64,000 nt of DNA from a bacterium (GTDB lineage Bacteria > Patescibacteriota > Microgenomatia > JAMCZE01). This document shows, piece after piece, positions 1 through 10,291 of this stretch (positions are counted from its first letter, which is position 1; each line of letters opens with the position of its first letter). Where the stretch lies: assembly GCA_021836035.1 (NCBI GenBank), contig JAKBJL010000004.1, positions 131,841-195,840 of the forward strand, in the 5' to 3' direction. The notes under the pieces are model-generated. The model worked only from the letters and a program-made list of their open reading frames with translations, did not search any database and was not told the origin of the DNA. The position numbers were made by a program, and so were the translations under genes.

Positions 1-744
1 AGCCTCTTTGATGGGAATAATTGTATATTCCCCAACTTCATCATCACTTATTACTCCTAATATCGGCACTTTAATATTTTGAAAGAAAGTCAGATCTTTT
101 CCTTTCCGAAGAGGCAAAGCGACTGCATTTTCTGAATCTTCAGTAAAACCATGAAGATAAGTTTGAGCACTAATTGGCATTTCTCCACATAAGCCAAAAT
201 AATCATTCAAAAGTTTATAGCCTTCTTCTTTGTTATTTAGTTCTTCCGCCTCTTGTCGATAGTTTTTACCAATACTTTTCTCATATTTAATTTGTGTTCC
301 CACATTATCTGAAAACCCAAGAAGAATGACCCCTTTAACTTTGTCTTTATACTTGCCTTTGTTCATGTAATAAACACTTTTTTCTGTTCCATAACTATGG
401 CCTTCAAGAATAATGTTTTCGTAACCCTTGTTTAGGGCAAGCTCAATCCAAGAATCGATATCAAGAATACTGTCTTCAAACTTTTCCAAAGAAACACCAT
501 GATAAACCGTACCTTTTTCAAGCTCGTATACACCAGAACCTCGATTATTAGTGGAGAGATATGCAATTCCTAAATCAATAACGGAATTAGTAAGTAGTTC
601 AAAATAGCTGTTACCGTAGAAACTACCAGAAGAGCCGTGAATATGAAGAACTATTGTTTTTGATGGTCGGGAAGGTTCGGTAAGTATTCCGTGAAGAGTC
701 AAGCCGTCGGGAGTTTTTACGTTAACAATAGGATACATCGCCAT
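1..744 (-). CDS. alpha/beta-fold hydrolase (DUF1749-like), 3' end beyond the window edge
   Basis: Not in the ORF track; hand translation from ATG at 744 gives MAMYPIVNVKTPDGLTLHG...HIHGSSGSFY...LEGHSYG (G-H-S-x-G nucleophile elbow), open to position 1. Confidence 0.8.
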   Translation of the reverse strand, partial: MAMYPIVNVKTPDGLTLHGILTEPSRPSKTIVLHIHGSSGSFYGNSYFELLTNSVIDLGIAYLSTNNRGSGVYELEKGTVYHGVSLEKFEDSILDIDSWIELALNKGYENIILEGHSYGTEKSVYYMNKGKYKDKVKGVILLGFSDNVGTQIKYEKSIGKNYRQEAEELNNKEEGYKLLNDYFGLCGEMPISAQTYLHGFTEDSENAVALPLRKGKDLTFFQNIKVPILGVISDDEVGEYTIIPIKEA

Positions 745-1018
745 ATACTTGTATTCTATCAAAAATTAAGGAGCACTAGTTGTGGATTGAGGAACCGTTG
801 AACTTTTTGAATATCGAAAGAGCTTATTTCATGCCAGATTGTTCGAAGGTCGTGTACTAATGCCTGCAAAAACGCACGCTAAGCGATCGTAACCCCTAAA
901 ATAGGTTGGCTATATTTGCTAAGTTTCATTTTAATTTAGGAGGTTTCGGAAGGTATATTTATTAGTCAGCGGTCTTTTTTTACACCCAAAGATACGACTT
1001 TTCGGTCATGAGTGTGGT

Positions 1019-2263
1019 TTATTTGCGAAACCTAAACGGTTTGATCGTTTTGATCCTTTGAAAAATAAGAAAGTCGGTTATGAATAGAATAGCGATAAAA
1101 CTAAAGGAACAAAGCAAAGCTAGATACCAGTTATAGGTAACAGGAATAGTACTGGAAATTACCCGATTGATGTTATTCTCCGTGGGAAGAAAGTGGGGTT
1201 TTGCTGACAATTCCCAAGGGATTTCCATTGATACCTTTTGACGACTAAGGATTAATATTTCCACAAAGGCCAAAAGATTTCCGAATAGCAAAGCTAAGAT
1301 TGTCAACACGAAGTTCTCGGCCAAGAACTGTTTTCTTAAATCGCTTATTTTCCATCCAAGCATTCGCAAAATGGCCACCTCTTTCTCTCTGGTTTTCATA
1401 ATAAAAACAATGATTAAACCGTAAGCGATTGTTAAAGCGATACCCAGAATGAGGAGAGCGGTTTTTCCGAAAGACGATAGCAGTTTTATTTGATCGGTTA
1501 AGGTTTGAGAAAATGTTTTTTCGCTAAAAACGAGATAGTCTTTATTTAAATTTGTAATCGTTTTTGGAATATTTCCTTTCCATTGCGGCTTCGTTTTAAG
1601 TAACACTACGTTTACAAAGTTTTTATCCTGATCGGGAAAGAGCTTTTTCATCTCTTCTGAACCCTGGGCAATTTTCAAAGCCGAAGCATAATTAGTATAA
1701 ATATCGGCGGGGATAATATTCCCTGTAAGATTGGAATTTAAAACTCCTGATATTTTATATTCATTCTGACCCAACTTTATGTTTCCACCGACTTGTAACG
1801 AATTTTTTTGCGCAAAATCCTTATTTATTAAAATGTTATTTCCATCGAGATTAGGATTTCCTTCTATTACATTGGCCTTAAGAACATTAGTAAACAGACC
1901 CCCCTTAGTTTGTACCCCGAAGACATCCTTAAAATAATCGTTATCAAAATACCAAAAGTAAAGACCGGTATCTGCTTTTTGAACAAAATCGAGCTTAGAT
2001 AATCTTTCAACCTCGTTTTGGTAAATAGGTCCGTTAGAGTGCGGGTAAATTGCCCCGACCATCTGCTCGGGAATTTTGCCGGTCTTTTGCACCACCGTAT
2101 CTACACCAATGGCTTTAAATGGCAAGGTAGCGATTTGCTCAAGGTTTTGGCTGATTGTTAGGGTAACTAAAAGGAGGGAAAAGTATATTGCAATACTACA
2201 AACCAAAAGAATGGTTTTCCCGATATTTTTCTTAACCGATGAAAGAAAGTAGCTCAATATCAT
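1019..2263 (-). CDS. ABC transporter permease, FtsX/MacB/LolE family
   Basis: N-terminal TM, large extracytoplasmic loop, R-EKEVAILRMLGW motif, C-terminal TMs. Confidence 0.85.
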   Translation of the reverse strand: MILSYFLSSVKKNIGKTILLVCSIAIYFSLLLVTLTISQNLEQIATLPFKAIGVDTVVQKTGKIPEQMVGAIYPHSNGPIYQNEVERLSKLDFVQKADTGLYFWYFDNDYFKDVFGVQTKGGLFTNVLKANVIEGNPNLDGNNILINKDFAQKNSLQVGGNIKLGQNEYKISGVLNSNLTGNIIPADIYTNYASALKIAQGSEEMKKLFPDQDKNFVNVVLLKTKPQWKGNIPKTITNLNKDYLVFSEKTFSQTLTDQIKLLSSFGKTALLILGIALTIAYGLIIVFIMKTREKEVAILRMLGWKISDLRKQFLAENFVLTILALLFGNLLAFVEILILSRQKVSMEIPWELSAKPHFLPTENNINRVISSTIPVTYNWYLALLCSFSFIAILFITDFLIFQRIKTIKPFRFRK

Positions 2264-3324
2264 AGTTTCATGTCGTAATTAATCATTGGGGCTGATTTTA
2301 TAAGCTCGGGAAGTTGCCATTGGAGAAGCAAGGCAAAAACAGAAGCCAAAATTATGGCGCAGGTGATAATAAATAAGGAATCAATAATTATCCATTGTTT
2401 AACATTCATTTTCGGCCAGCCTAAAATATTTAATATTTCGGTTTGATATGCATATTCATGATGATGAAGTCGTAATACGGCAATAGTTAATAATAAAGAA
2501 ATTCCAATCATGGCAATACTAAAATATGACCCAAAGCGATAAAACATTTGACTAAGACCCGATAAATTTTTCAACAGGTTATCTTTACTGATAATCGAAA
2601 AGGATGGATATAGTGTTATTAATTTCTCTTTAACTTTCGACAGGTCGGAGGCAGATTGTAGGGAAATAAAGGCTTGATTGACGATGGTACCATTCTCGCC
2701 TGCCAGCTTAAGGGCCGTTTGATACGGCAAGAATCCCTGAGCATTAGCTAGATTGCTTTGCTCCTGAAAATCAACCAACCCGATGATTTTATAGATATTT
2801 GTGCCAATTCGGTAATCCCCCCCAATTTTATATTTAAAAAGTGTGGCAAAATGTCTTTCGAGGATTATTTCCTGCGAATCGTTATTGGTAAAAAATTTAC
2901 TCCCGGCCATGAGCATTTGTTCTATGTCTCTCAGACCTACTTTTGGTTCGTTTACATCCAGCGCTACGAGCGTCCGGTTTTTCTTAATATCAAATTGCCA
3001 TAAAACTAAGGCTGTCGAAACACCTGTGACGCCGGGCAGTTTGGAAATTTGTTCTGACGTTTGCGTTTTGGGAAACGATTCAAGGTTGAATGGTAAAATA
3101 ATCCCGCTGGTTTTTACCTTCTGTGGGTTTTTATTAGTATGATCCTTCTGGAGGATTATTTCCGTCTGTAGTAACTTAAGGGGATTATTGACAAGACCTT
3201 TAATATAGTTGGTAAAAACAATCGAGCTAATCCCCAAGAAAAGGATTGTTCCCGCCAGGCAAACCGTTATAACAGTTTTCCTCCAATAATAGAAGATATT
3301 TTTTAAAACAATTAGTATCATCAT
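2260..3324 (-). CDS. ABC transporter permease, FtsX/MacB/LolE family
   Basis: Same topology, EILNILGW motif; overlaps the next gene by 4 nt. Confidence 0.8.
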   Translation of the reverse strand: MMILIVLKNIFYYWRKTVITVCLAGTILFLGISSIVFTNYIKGLVNNPLKLLQTEIILQKDHTNKNPQKVKTSGIILPFNLESFPKTQTSEQISKLPGVTGVSTALVLWQFDIKKNRTLVALDVNEPKVGLRDIEQMLMAGSKFFTNNDSQEIILERHFATLFKYKIGGDYRIGTNIYKIIGLVDFQEQSNLANAQGFLPYQTALKLAGENGTIVNQAFISLQSASDLSKVKEKLITLYPSFSIISKDNLLKNLSGLSQMFYRFGSYFSIAMIGISLLLTIAVLRLHHHEYAYQTEILNILGWPKMNVKQWIIIDSLFIITCAIILASVFALLLQWQLPELIKSAPMINYDMKL

Positions 3325-3329
3325 GCATG

Positions 3330-3761
3330 CTAGTTGAGAGTTTTTAATATGGCTCTCAGATTTTCATAACTCCACCCGCCCTCATACGACGGAGCAAAGG
3401 CGTCATCTTTAGGAAAGTTTTTCAGCTCGATACTTTTATCTCCCAAAGTGAATACATCTTTACCGTCGATGAAAATAGCAATTGGCATATGTTCGGTGAG
3501 GTTGTATTTGTCAATTAAGCTTTTGGCCTGGGGGTCATCAAAGCTAAATTCTTTTACCGTAAACTTCGGAAATTCTGCAATAATTGGCTCAACCTTCCTG
3601 ACAATAGCCTCAGCTGGTGGATGGGGAAGATAGAAAATCTCGACAGTTTGGGGATTCGCCCGATAAGAGGCAACATTGCTTACCAATCGGTGCTTTTGCT
3701 TAAATACTAAAAAGTAAGCGATAATCCCAATAACGCAAAATAATACTAAAATAATAGCCAA
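3330..3761 (-). CDS. membrane-anchored thioredoxin-like protein without CxxC
   Basis: N-terminal TM, VEIFYLPHPP, P-x-AIFIDGK; start uncertain. Confidence 0.5.
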   Translation of the reverse strand: MAIILVLFCVIGIIAYFLVFKQKHRLVSNVASYRANPQTVEIFYLPHPPAEAIVRKVEPIIAEFPKFTVKEFSFDDPQAKSLIDKYNLTEHMPIAIFIDGKDVFTLGDKSIELKNFPKDDAFAPSYEGGWSYENLRAILKTLN

Positions 3762-3768
3762 AATTCTT

Positions 3769-4446
3769 TTACTCAGTTTTACCTCCTTTCACTGGCGATA
3801 ACCTTCTATTGGAAAGCTGATAAACCTTTTTTGTTTTTTTGGCAATATCTTTTTCATGGGTCACAATAACGAAGGTCGTGGAATATTTTTTATGAAGACT
3901 TTCAAACAAATTCATTATTTTGTCCGAAGTAGCCTCATCAAGATTGCCGGTCGGTTCATCGGCCAAGACTATTTTAGGTCTGTTAACTAAGCTACGGGCA
4001 ATCGCTACCCGTTGTTTTTCACCGCCGCTTAAATTATCTACACATTTGTTTTCCTTTCCCGAAAGGCCAACTTGATCGATCAAATCAAGGATACGTTTGT
4101 TCTTTTCTTTCTCGTCAATGTCTTTACGTGGATAGATGGCCAAATATATATTGTCAAAGACAGATAATGAGGGAATGAGTTTAAAGTCCTGAAAGACGAT
4201 GCCGATATTTTTAAGACGAAACCCAGCTAGTTGTTCTTCAGAGTAGCGAGTAATATCTGAGTTGGAAAAGATGACTTTGCCGCTGTCAGGAGAAACCAAG
4301 CCTGCCATGATAGATAAAAGGGTCGTTTTGCCAACACCAGATTTACCGATTATGCTAACAAATTCTTCTTCTCCTAATTCAAAACTAATCTGTCCCAAAA
4401 CTTCTTGATTGCCGTATGTTTTTGAAATCTGCTTTAAAGTCAACAC
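3769..4446 (-). CDS. ABC transporter ATP-binding protein (LolD/MacB type)
   Basis: [35 protein letters not shown]. Confidence 0.95.
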   Translation of the reverse strand: MLTLKQISKTYGNQEVLGQISFELGEEEFVSIIGKSGVGKTTLLSIMAGLVSPDSGKVIFSNSDITRYSEEQLAGFRLKNIGIVFQDFKLIPSLSVFDNIYLAIYPRKDIDEKEKNKRILDLIDQVGLSGKENKCVDNLSGGEKQRVAIARSLVNRPKIVLADEPTGNLDEATSDKIMNLFESLHKKYSTTFVIVTHEKDIAKKTKKVYQLSNRRLSPVKGGKTE

Positions 4447-4448
4447 GG

Positions 4449-4727
4449 TTATTTCTTATAAAGATTAATAACTTGGAATAACTTTTCCTTTTGTTCTTTA
4501 GAAAGTCCCTCGCCACCATTCAATATCTGATGGACGATACTCCCTTCCAAAGTTTTGCTCCTTAAAGCATCAAATGACTTCGCGACGGAGGTAACGAGCA
4601 TGGCAATATCCAGGCAATCAGCATCGTCAGCGATGTATTTTTTAAGTGTCTCTATCTGTCCTTGAATGCGACTAAGGTGATCCAGGGTGTGCTTTCTTCG
4701 CCCTTTAATTTTGGAATTTATTTTCAT
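4449..4727 (-). CDS. CsoR/RcnR/FrmR-family transcriptional repressor
   Basis: LSRIQGQIETLKK...DCLDI motif, 92 aa. Confidence 0.85.
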   Translation of the reverse strand: MKINSKIKGRRKHTLDHLSRIQGQIETLKKYIADDADCLDIAMLVTSVAKSFDALRSKTLEGSIVHQILNGGEGLSKEQKEKLFQVINLYKK

Positions 4728-4731
4728 ATAA

Positions 4732-4751
4732 ATATACCCCTACCCCTATAT
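4732..4751. promoter_or_regulatory. candidate CsoR-family operator
   Basis: ATATA-CCCC-TA-CCCC-TATAT: C/G tracts flanked by an AT-rich inverted repeat, directly upstream of the repressor start. Confidence 0.6.
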
Positions 4752-4847
4752 AATATACACTTATTTCTGCTTAAATGCTGTAACGAATAAAGGAAAAAGA
4801 TTATAATACCCAAATTTATTAAAATACTTTATATAAATGGGTAAAAT

Positions 4848-5171
4848 ATGAAACTTGTCATTATTCTTTCAACTAACAACGCCGAAAGAAGCTGGAACGC
4901 CTTCAGGCTTGGGAACTTAGCGCTAAATAATGGTGATAATGTTAGTGTCTTCCTTATCGGTGAAGGTGTTGAATACTTAAAATTCAGTAGTGATAAATTT
5001 GACATCCAAAAACAAGTTGATGCCCTTCTTGAATCAGGAAAAGGTGAAATTTTAGCCTGTGAGACGTGCATGGTTCTTAGACATCAAGAAGGTAATAAGA
5101 CCTGTCCAGTCAGCGGGATAAAAGAACTATATAGCCTGATAAAAGAGAGCGATAAGGTAGTTACTTTTTAA
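4848..5171 (+). CDS. DsrE/DsrF-family protein
   Basis: WNAFRLG, VSVFLIGEGV, ACETC, DKVVTF. Confidence 0.85.
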   Translation: MKLVIILSTNNAERSWNAFRLGNLALNNGDNVSVFLIGEGVEYLKFSSDKFDIQKQVDALLESGKGEILACETCMVLRHQEGNKTCPVSGIKELYSLIKESDKVVTF

Positions 5172-5175
5172 TTTT

Positions 5176-5871
5176 ATGAAAAATATACTGTTTGGCTTAA
5201 GTACATTATTGATCTTAGGGTTTGTTTTTTCTGCTTTTGTTTCAGCCCAAGGAATGATGAATTGGGGTAATACTTCCAGTGCGACTCCCTCTTTGGTAAC
5301 TTCTACTGCTCAGGATGAAGCTAGGGGTAAACAAGTTTGGGATCAGCTGCAATCAAAACAAGCGACTTGTGATAGCTTAAAAGCTGACGATTATGAACTG
5401 TTGGGTGAATACTTTATGGGTCAATCTATTGGCAATACCGAAAGACATGCCGTGATGAACCAGATGATGCAAAATATGATGGGCCAAAACGGAGAGGAGC
5501 AAATGCACATATCGCTTGGTAAAAGATCAAGCGGTTGTGATACCAATGCTTCGTTTCCTTCAGGATACGGATTACCTATGGTGTGGTGGATGATGGGAGG
5601 AGGTGGTAATCCTATGATGGGATATGGCGGTTGGAATAACTGGGGCAATATGATGGGTTGGGGAGGTTTTGGCTTCGGTTGGATATTTATGATCATCTTT
5701 TGGATTCTTATTATTCTTGGGGTTGTTGCTTTGGTTCGATACTTTGGAGGTACCAAGCAAACCAGTATGGATAGAGCTAAAACTCCCTTGGATATCCTTA
5801 AAGAGCGATATGCTAAAGGAGAAATTGATAAAAAAGAATTTGAGGATAAGAAGAAAGACTTGAGTTCGTAA
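5176..5871 (+). CDS. Met/Gly-rich membrane protein with C-terminal SHOCT domain
   Basis: Signal peptide, GMM/Met-rich segments, TM, PLDILKERYAKGEIDKKEF. Confidence 0.8.
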   Translation: MKNILFGLSTLLILGFVFSAFVSAQGMMNWGNTSSATPSLVTSTAQDEARGKQVWDQLQSKQATCDSLKADDYELLGEYFMGQSIGNTERHAVMNQMMQNMMGQNGEEQMHISLGKRSSGCDTNASFPSGYGLPMVWWMMGGGGNPMMGYGGWNNWGNMMGWGGFGFGWIFMIIFWILIILGVVALVRYFGGTKQTSMDRAKTPLDILKERYAKGEIDKKEFEDKKKDLSS

Positions 5872-6047
5872 AGGTTTTAACGCTTGCAAGCAAGGTCGGG
5901 TGTTGGGAAAGAGCCGTCCGTAACCACAACTTGGGTTCTAAGTTAATCTATAGCGAACAGCGTTTAGATATTTGTTCTTCCTGTTTACATATTGTACAAT
6001 CCTCTAAATTACCGAAGAAAACCCTCTTTCCTTCTGCCCAGAAATTT

Positions 6048-7805
6048 ATGAATATAGAGTACCTGCACCCCAAGGGGCAAAAGGTTCTGACTACCCGGAA
6101 TCAGGTTCTGGATCGGGTTCTCGAAAACCGGGAAGCAATCTCCTATATTGATAAATATTACTTTCTTAATCCTGAAGATCCTTTAAGAATATCTTTGGAG
6201 AGAAGCGGGATAAAAAAGGAACGGATGAAAGAAGCGATAGGCTTAATCGAGCATTCAATTCACAACGAAGAAACTATTTGTATTTACGGAGATTATGATG
6301 TCGACGGTGTCAGTTCTGCCGCGATTATATATAAGGCTTTAAAAATACGTGATGCTAAAGTAAAAGTATTTATTCCCAACCGCTTTGAAGACGGTTATGG
6401 ATTTACGGTTGAAGGCGTAAATAAAATTCTATCCCAACAAGACGATCTAGCCATGGGTGGGAATAATAAAGGATTATTTTTGATCTTTGATAGCGGAGTT
6501 TCTCCGGATTTCCAAAAAGCGATAGAATACGTTCATGAAAACAATATTAAAACAGCCGCTTTTGACCATCATGAGGCCGATAAGGTTAAACCGCCTCCCG
6601 ATCATGACGCCCTAGTCCATACTACCGAACTTTGTTCCGCCGGTATCAGCTGGTTTACCGCCCGAGAACTTTTACACAAAGAGGATATGGGAGAGCTTTT
6701 GGGTTTAGCTGCGTTAGCTACAATCGCCGACGTGGAAGAACTTAAAAATGTTAATCGGCTGATAACCTATCATGGCCTGAAAATGCTGCAAACGATCCAC
6801 TATCCGGGTTTATTGGCAGTTTACGATAAAGCCAATATTAAATCGATGCGCAATTTACATTATTTTGACATCGATACTTATAAAGTAAGCATGAATGTCG
6901 CTCCCCGCTTTAATTCCGCAGGAAGATACGGGGAAGCCGAAATTGCTTTTAAATGCCTAACCACCAACGACCAGAACGAGGCAGAAGTATTCGCAAAACA
7001 TTTAAATAATCGCAATTCCGAGCGCCGTCACCTTCAGGAAGAACAATCTTTTCAGGCATTAGAAATGGTGGCTAAAGAAGGATTGGAAAAAAACCTTTTC
7101 ATCTTACTGGTTAATAAAGAATTTCATGAAGGCATAGTGGGATTAATTGCCTCGGATATTATCAAAAAACACTATCTGCCTACCATTGTTCTCACTATTG
7201 ATCAAAAGGGCTTTGCCAGAGGTTCGGGTCGTTCAATCCGCAACTTCAGTATCTTAGAGGCCATGAAGTCCGCCGGAGACATTTATCACCGTATGGGCGG
7301 ACATGAGAAAGCCGGCGGTTTGACAATTAAGCCGGAAAATCTTGATATGCTTTATGAGCGATTAAAAGAATATACCCAAAATAAATTTCAAAACGTACGT
7401 CCCATATACAAATACCGGATTGACGCGGCTATTCCATTAAAGCTTGTAGATTTGGAACTTTATCAGGATATGCAAAAATTGGAACCCTTCGGTATCGGCA
7501 GCGAATATAACCAGAGACCAATTTTTATCAGCCGTGATATAAAAGTGGTTTCTGCCGGCGTGATGGGAAAAGAAAAAAACGATCTCTGGCTACAATTGAG
7601 GGATGGTAATGCTGGCCGTTCAACAAAGGCGGTATATTTCCGGCATGGGGAGTTGGCCGCCATAATGAAAAAACAACCGCTGATTTCTTTAGCCTATGAA
7701 ATTAAATATGATAATTATCAAAAACAACGAAACGAAGAGAGACCCGAAGAAGATAAATCGGTACCCCTGGAGTTAATGGTCAAAGACCTCGATATTCAGA
7801 CGTAA
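6048..7805 (+). CDS. recJ: single-stranded-DNA exonuclease RecJ
   Basis: YGDYDVDG, PNRFEDGYG, DHH, ATIAD, PRFNSAGR, RGSGRS, GGH; ATG 6048 preferred over the track's TTG at 5931. Confidence 0.92.
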   Translation: MNIEYLHPKGQKVLTTRNQVLDRVLENREAISYIDKYYFLNPEDPLRISLERSGIKKERMKEAIGLIEHSIHNEETICIYGDYDVDGVSSAAIIYKALKIRDAKVKVFIPNRFEDGYGFTVEGVNKILSQQDDLAMGGNNKGLFLIFDSGVSPDFQKAIEYVHENNIKTAAFDHHEADKVKPPPDHDALVHTTELCSAGISWFTARELLHKEDMGELLGLAALATIADVEELKNVNRLITYHGLKMLQTIHYPGLLAVYDKANIKSMRNLHYFDIDTYKVSMNVAPRFNSAGRYGEAEIAFKCLTTNDQNEAEVFAKHLNNRNSERRHLQEEQSFQALEMVAKEGLEKNLFILLVNKEFHEGIVGLIASDIIKKHYLPTIVLTIDQKGFARGSGRSIRNFSILEAMKSAGDIYHRMGGHEKAGGLTIKPENLDMLYERLKEYTQNKFQNVRPIYKYRIDAAIPLKLVDLELYQDMQKLEPFGIGSEYNQRPIFISRDIKVVSAGVMGKEKNDLWLQLRDGNAGRSTKAVYFRHGELAAIMKKQPLISLAYEIKYDNYQKQRNEERPEEDKSVPLELMVKDLDIQT

Positions 7806-7830
7806 GAAGGGCCGCTTATCGGCCCTTCTT
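7804..7830. terminator. terminator-like hairpin after recJ
   Basis: AAGAAGGGCCG-cttat-CGGCCCTTCTT, 11-bp stem. Confidence 0.65.
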
Positions 7831-7853
7831 AGCGGACTAACGAGCCTATGGAT

Positions 7854-7964
7854 TCACGTTAGTCTGCTGCTTTCTAAAAACGCTTTTAACCTGTAGGCGC
7901 TTTTAACCTCCGGTACCCGTGGCTGCGGCAATGGGACCGGTAAGCACCCCGAAAATACGGACAA
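7854..7964 (-). CDS. putative 36-aa small protein
   Basis: TTG start 8 nt after AAAGGGGGTGA (SD style also seen before 10292, 55043, 55879); MSVFSGCLPVPLPQPRVPEVKSAYRLKAFLESSRLT. Confidence 0.35.
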   Translation of the reverse strand: MSVFSGCLPVPLPQPRVPEVKSAYRLKAFLESSRLT

Positions 7965-8000
7965 ATTGTTTATCACCCCCTTTACGCTTCTAAAATATAT

Positions 8001-8026
8001 AACGAAGCATTTACGTTTTTGTTACA
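8001..8026 (-). promoter_or_regulatory. candidate ECF-sigma promoter
   Basis: Minus strand TGTAAC-N16-CGTT, divergent from the ECF sigma gene. Confidence 0.5.
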
Positions 8027-8056
8027 GTAGAGTATTTGTTATAAAATAAAATTTCT

Positions 8057-8617
8057 ATGGAAGATTTGAAACTGCTCGTAGATCAGGCCAAGAAAAATAA
8101 TAGCGAGGCTATCGCTAAAATTTATCGGCAGTTTTATAAACGGATTTATCAATACTGCCATTTTAATCTCTACCATACTCAGGATGCGCATGACGTAAGT
8201 CAGGAAATATTCCTGAAGTTCTGGAAGGCTTTGCCGAGGTTCTCCTGGCAAAAAGGAGGATCAATACAAGCTTTCTTTTACCGCATTGCCCGTAACACCA
8301 TTATTGATTTTAATAAAAAGAGGAAGGAAATATCTTTGGAAGATATTCCTGAAATCCCCGTACCAGATATGCTTTTGGAAAAAGCGGTAAAAGCGGATAA
8401 TGCTCAGCAGCTACATGCCGCATTAGATAAACTTGACGGAACGGAAAAAAAGATTTTAATTTTGCGTTACTTTCATAATCTTTCCTATAAAGAATTGTCA
8501 AACAAAATTAAAGTGCGGGAAGGAACGATCCGGATAAAAACTTACCGGTCATTGCAAAAATTAAGAAAAACTTTGGCAGATAAATTTCGCTTACCGCAAC
8601 TGCCTAATAAAAGATAG
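8057..8617 (+). CDS. ECF-type RNA polymerase sigma factor
   Basis: DAHDVSQEIFLKFWK and FYRIARNTIID (region 2); LRYFHNLSYKEL...GTIR (region 4). Confidence 0.92.
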   Translation: MEDLKLLVDQAKKNNSEAIAKIYRQFYKRIYQYCHFNLYHTQDAHDVSQEIFLKFWKALPRFSWQKGGSIQAFFYRIARNTIIDFNKKRKEISLEDIPEIPVPDMLLEKAVKADNAQQLHAALDKLDGTEKKILILRYFHNLSYKELSNKIKVREGTIRIKTYRSLQKLRKTLADKFRLPQLPNKR

Positions 8618-10174
8618 CTATTTAGGCCGGAAAAAGGATTGGACCGTAGCATAATCCTGCTTAACCGTAAAATCACTATTAATTAACGACTCGTTTCCCC
8701 CCATACCCTCGTGCCAGTAATTAAAACCGATAACTCCGGATCGTTTAGCTGCGGTCATCGTATCATTTACCTGCTTTATAGGATCCGAAGCCCCCACTGC
8801 TCCCCATTCACCGATGATTATGGGGACATTGGGGTATCTTTTTTGTAATTCATTAAGATCATTTTGCATGGTGTCCCCTACCAGCTGGGGGTAATGGTCA
8901 ATAGTAATATTTCCCATCTGGGTAATGGTCGCGTCTTCTAAAATCCCATGCCAATCCGGGTTGTTATCTCCCCAGGCTACAAAACCATCAAAGCCGAAAT
9001 AACCAACCTTTACCCGTTTACCAATAGACTGAAAAGCATTAGAGGTCTCAGACATCGCCTGGCGCAGCCAGGAATTAAATTCAAAGGCCCCACTAAACTG
9101 GCAAAAATTTTGGGCACAGTAGGTAATTCCGTTAATCCCGCCGTTTTGCGGTTCCGGAATCGGAGTAAAAATGTCATTATCGGCAAAAAATTCCGGATGA
9201 GCTTTAATATAAGCAGATATCTGAGAAAGGTAATCCTGTTTAGTTTTAGTGACGCCATAGATACCTTCAAAAGCTAACGGCATATGGCGATGCCAAACAT
9301 TCAGACCATGGGCTCTAATCGCCTTTACCCAGTTAGCGGTATAATTTATTGCACTCCCGCAGCTTGGGTTGTCATAAGGAGTTTCCAACGCGACATAATT
9401 AACGCCCAAATTTTGAGCTTTATCCAACCATTTATTAATAAAATCCGCATTATCCTGGTTACAAATTTTATCTTTGGTTTCTTTCATGGAAGAAACGCTC
9501 TGGATCTCCCAGGTATGCGCCGAGCTTGTACTCATCGGGTTATTTAAACTGATCGCTACCGGAGTCGGTGAGGAGTCGGGAAATGTTGATGGCGACAAGG
9601 TTGGCGTTATTGTCGGAGTCGGAACGAGACTGGGTATCGGGGTTAGGGACGGAGTAACAACGGAAATTAAACTACCCCTTTTTATTAGTTGGACGTTAAT
9701 AATATCCACCTGAAACTTATGATCGGACCAAATCCGAGCGTGAAATTCACCTACCGGGTAATTGGTATTCAACCCACTAAATTTACTTAATGGAATTTGG
9801 ATATCTTGTTTGCCGTCATAGCAATTTTTACCGTAATTGGAGAGAGAAACATAATGCCAGGATCCCCCAGATGGTTGTTCAAATATAATTGCCGAGGCAT
9901 CCCCGTCTAAAAGACATAAACCGTGTAGGTCATAATTTAATTGTAAAGTATCATAACCGTTTAATGCATTAGCCGGTATATCTTGGTAATTTTCTGCAGC
10001 ACCGTTATTTCCTATAAAGTGCCAGGGAGAGGTTAAAAGGTTGTCTGAAGCCGCTAGAGTTAGAAAATTAAAATTGCTTGCCAGGAATACCGCAATTATT
10101 AAAAAACCGAAAATGATCGCCACCCTTACACTTGTAGACATTAACCGCATAAAGGGCAGACGGGATTCTATCAA
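8618..10174 (-). CDS. secreted clan GH-A-like glycoside hydrolase with N-terminal beta domain and Pro/Thr linker
   Basis: N-terminal TM/signal, PTPT linker, PEP (acid/base-like), DHYP, IIIGEWG (nucleophile-like); start may be ATG 10150. Confidence 0.65.
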   Translation of the reverse strand: MIESRLPFMRLMSTSVRVAIIFGFLIIAVFLASNFNFLTLAASDNLLTSPWHFIGNNGAAENYQDIPANALNGYDTLQLNYDLHGLCLLDGDASAIIFEQPSGGSWHYVSLSNYGKNCYDGKQDIQIPLSKFSGLNTNYPVGEFHARIWSDHKFQVDIINVQLIKRGSLISVVTPSLTPIPSLVPTPTITPTLSPSTFPDSSPTPVAISLNNPMSTSSAHTWEIQSVSSMKETKDKICNQDNADFINKWLDKAQNLGVNYVALETPYDNPSCGSAINYTANWVKAIRAHGLNVWHRHMPLAFEGIYGVTKTKQDYLSQISAYIKAHPEFFADNDIFTPIPEPQNGGINGITYCAQNFCQFSGAFEFNSWLRQAMSETSNAFQSIGKRVKVGYFGFDGFVAWGDNNPDWHGILEDATITQMGNITIDHYPQLVGDTMQNDLNELQKRYPNVPIIIGEWGAVGASDPIKQVNDTMTAAKRSGVIGFNYWHEGMGGNESLINSDFTVKQDYATVQSFFRPK

Positions 10175-10291
10175 GAAATGTTAAAAATGCAAGAGCCTTT
10201 TTCACAAACTCTTTCCTAGTCCTTACAATATCAAGCCCCTTTTTTTTAAATTGACGTCTACTATAAGTAAAGTAAAAAGGGGGTGAGATTA

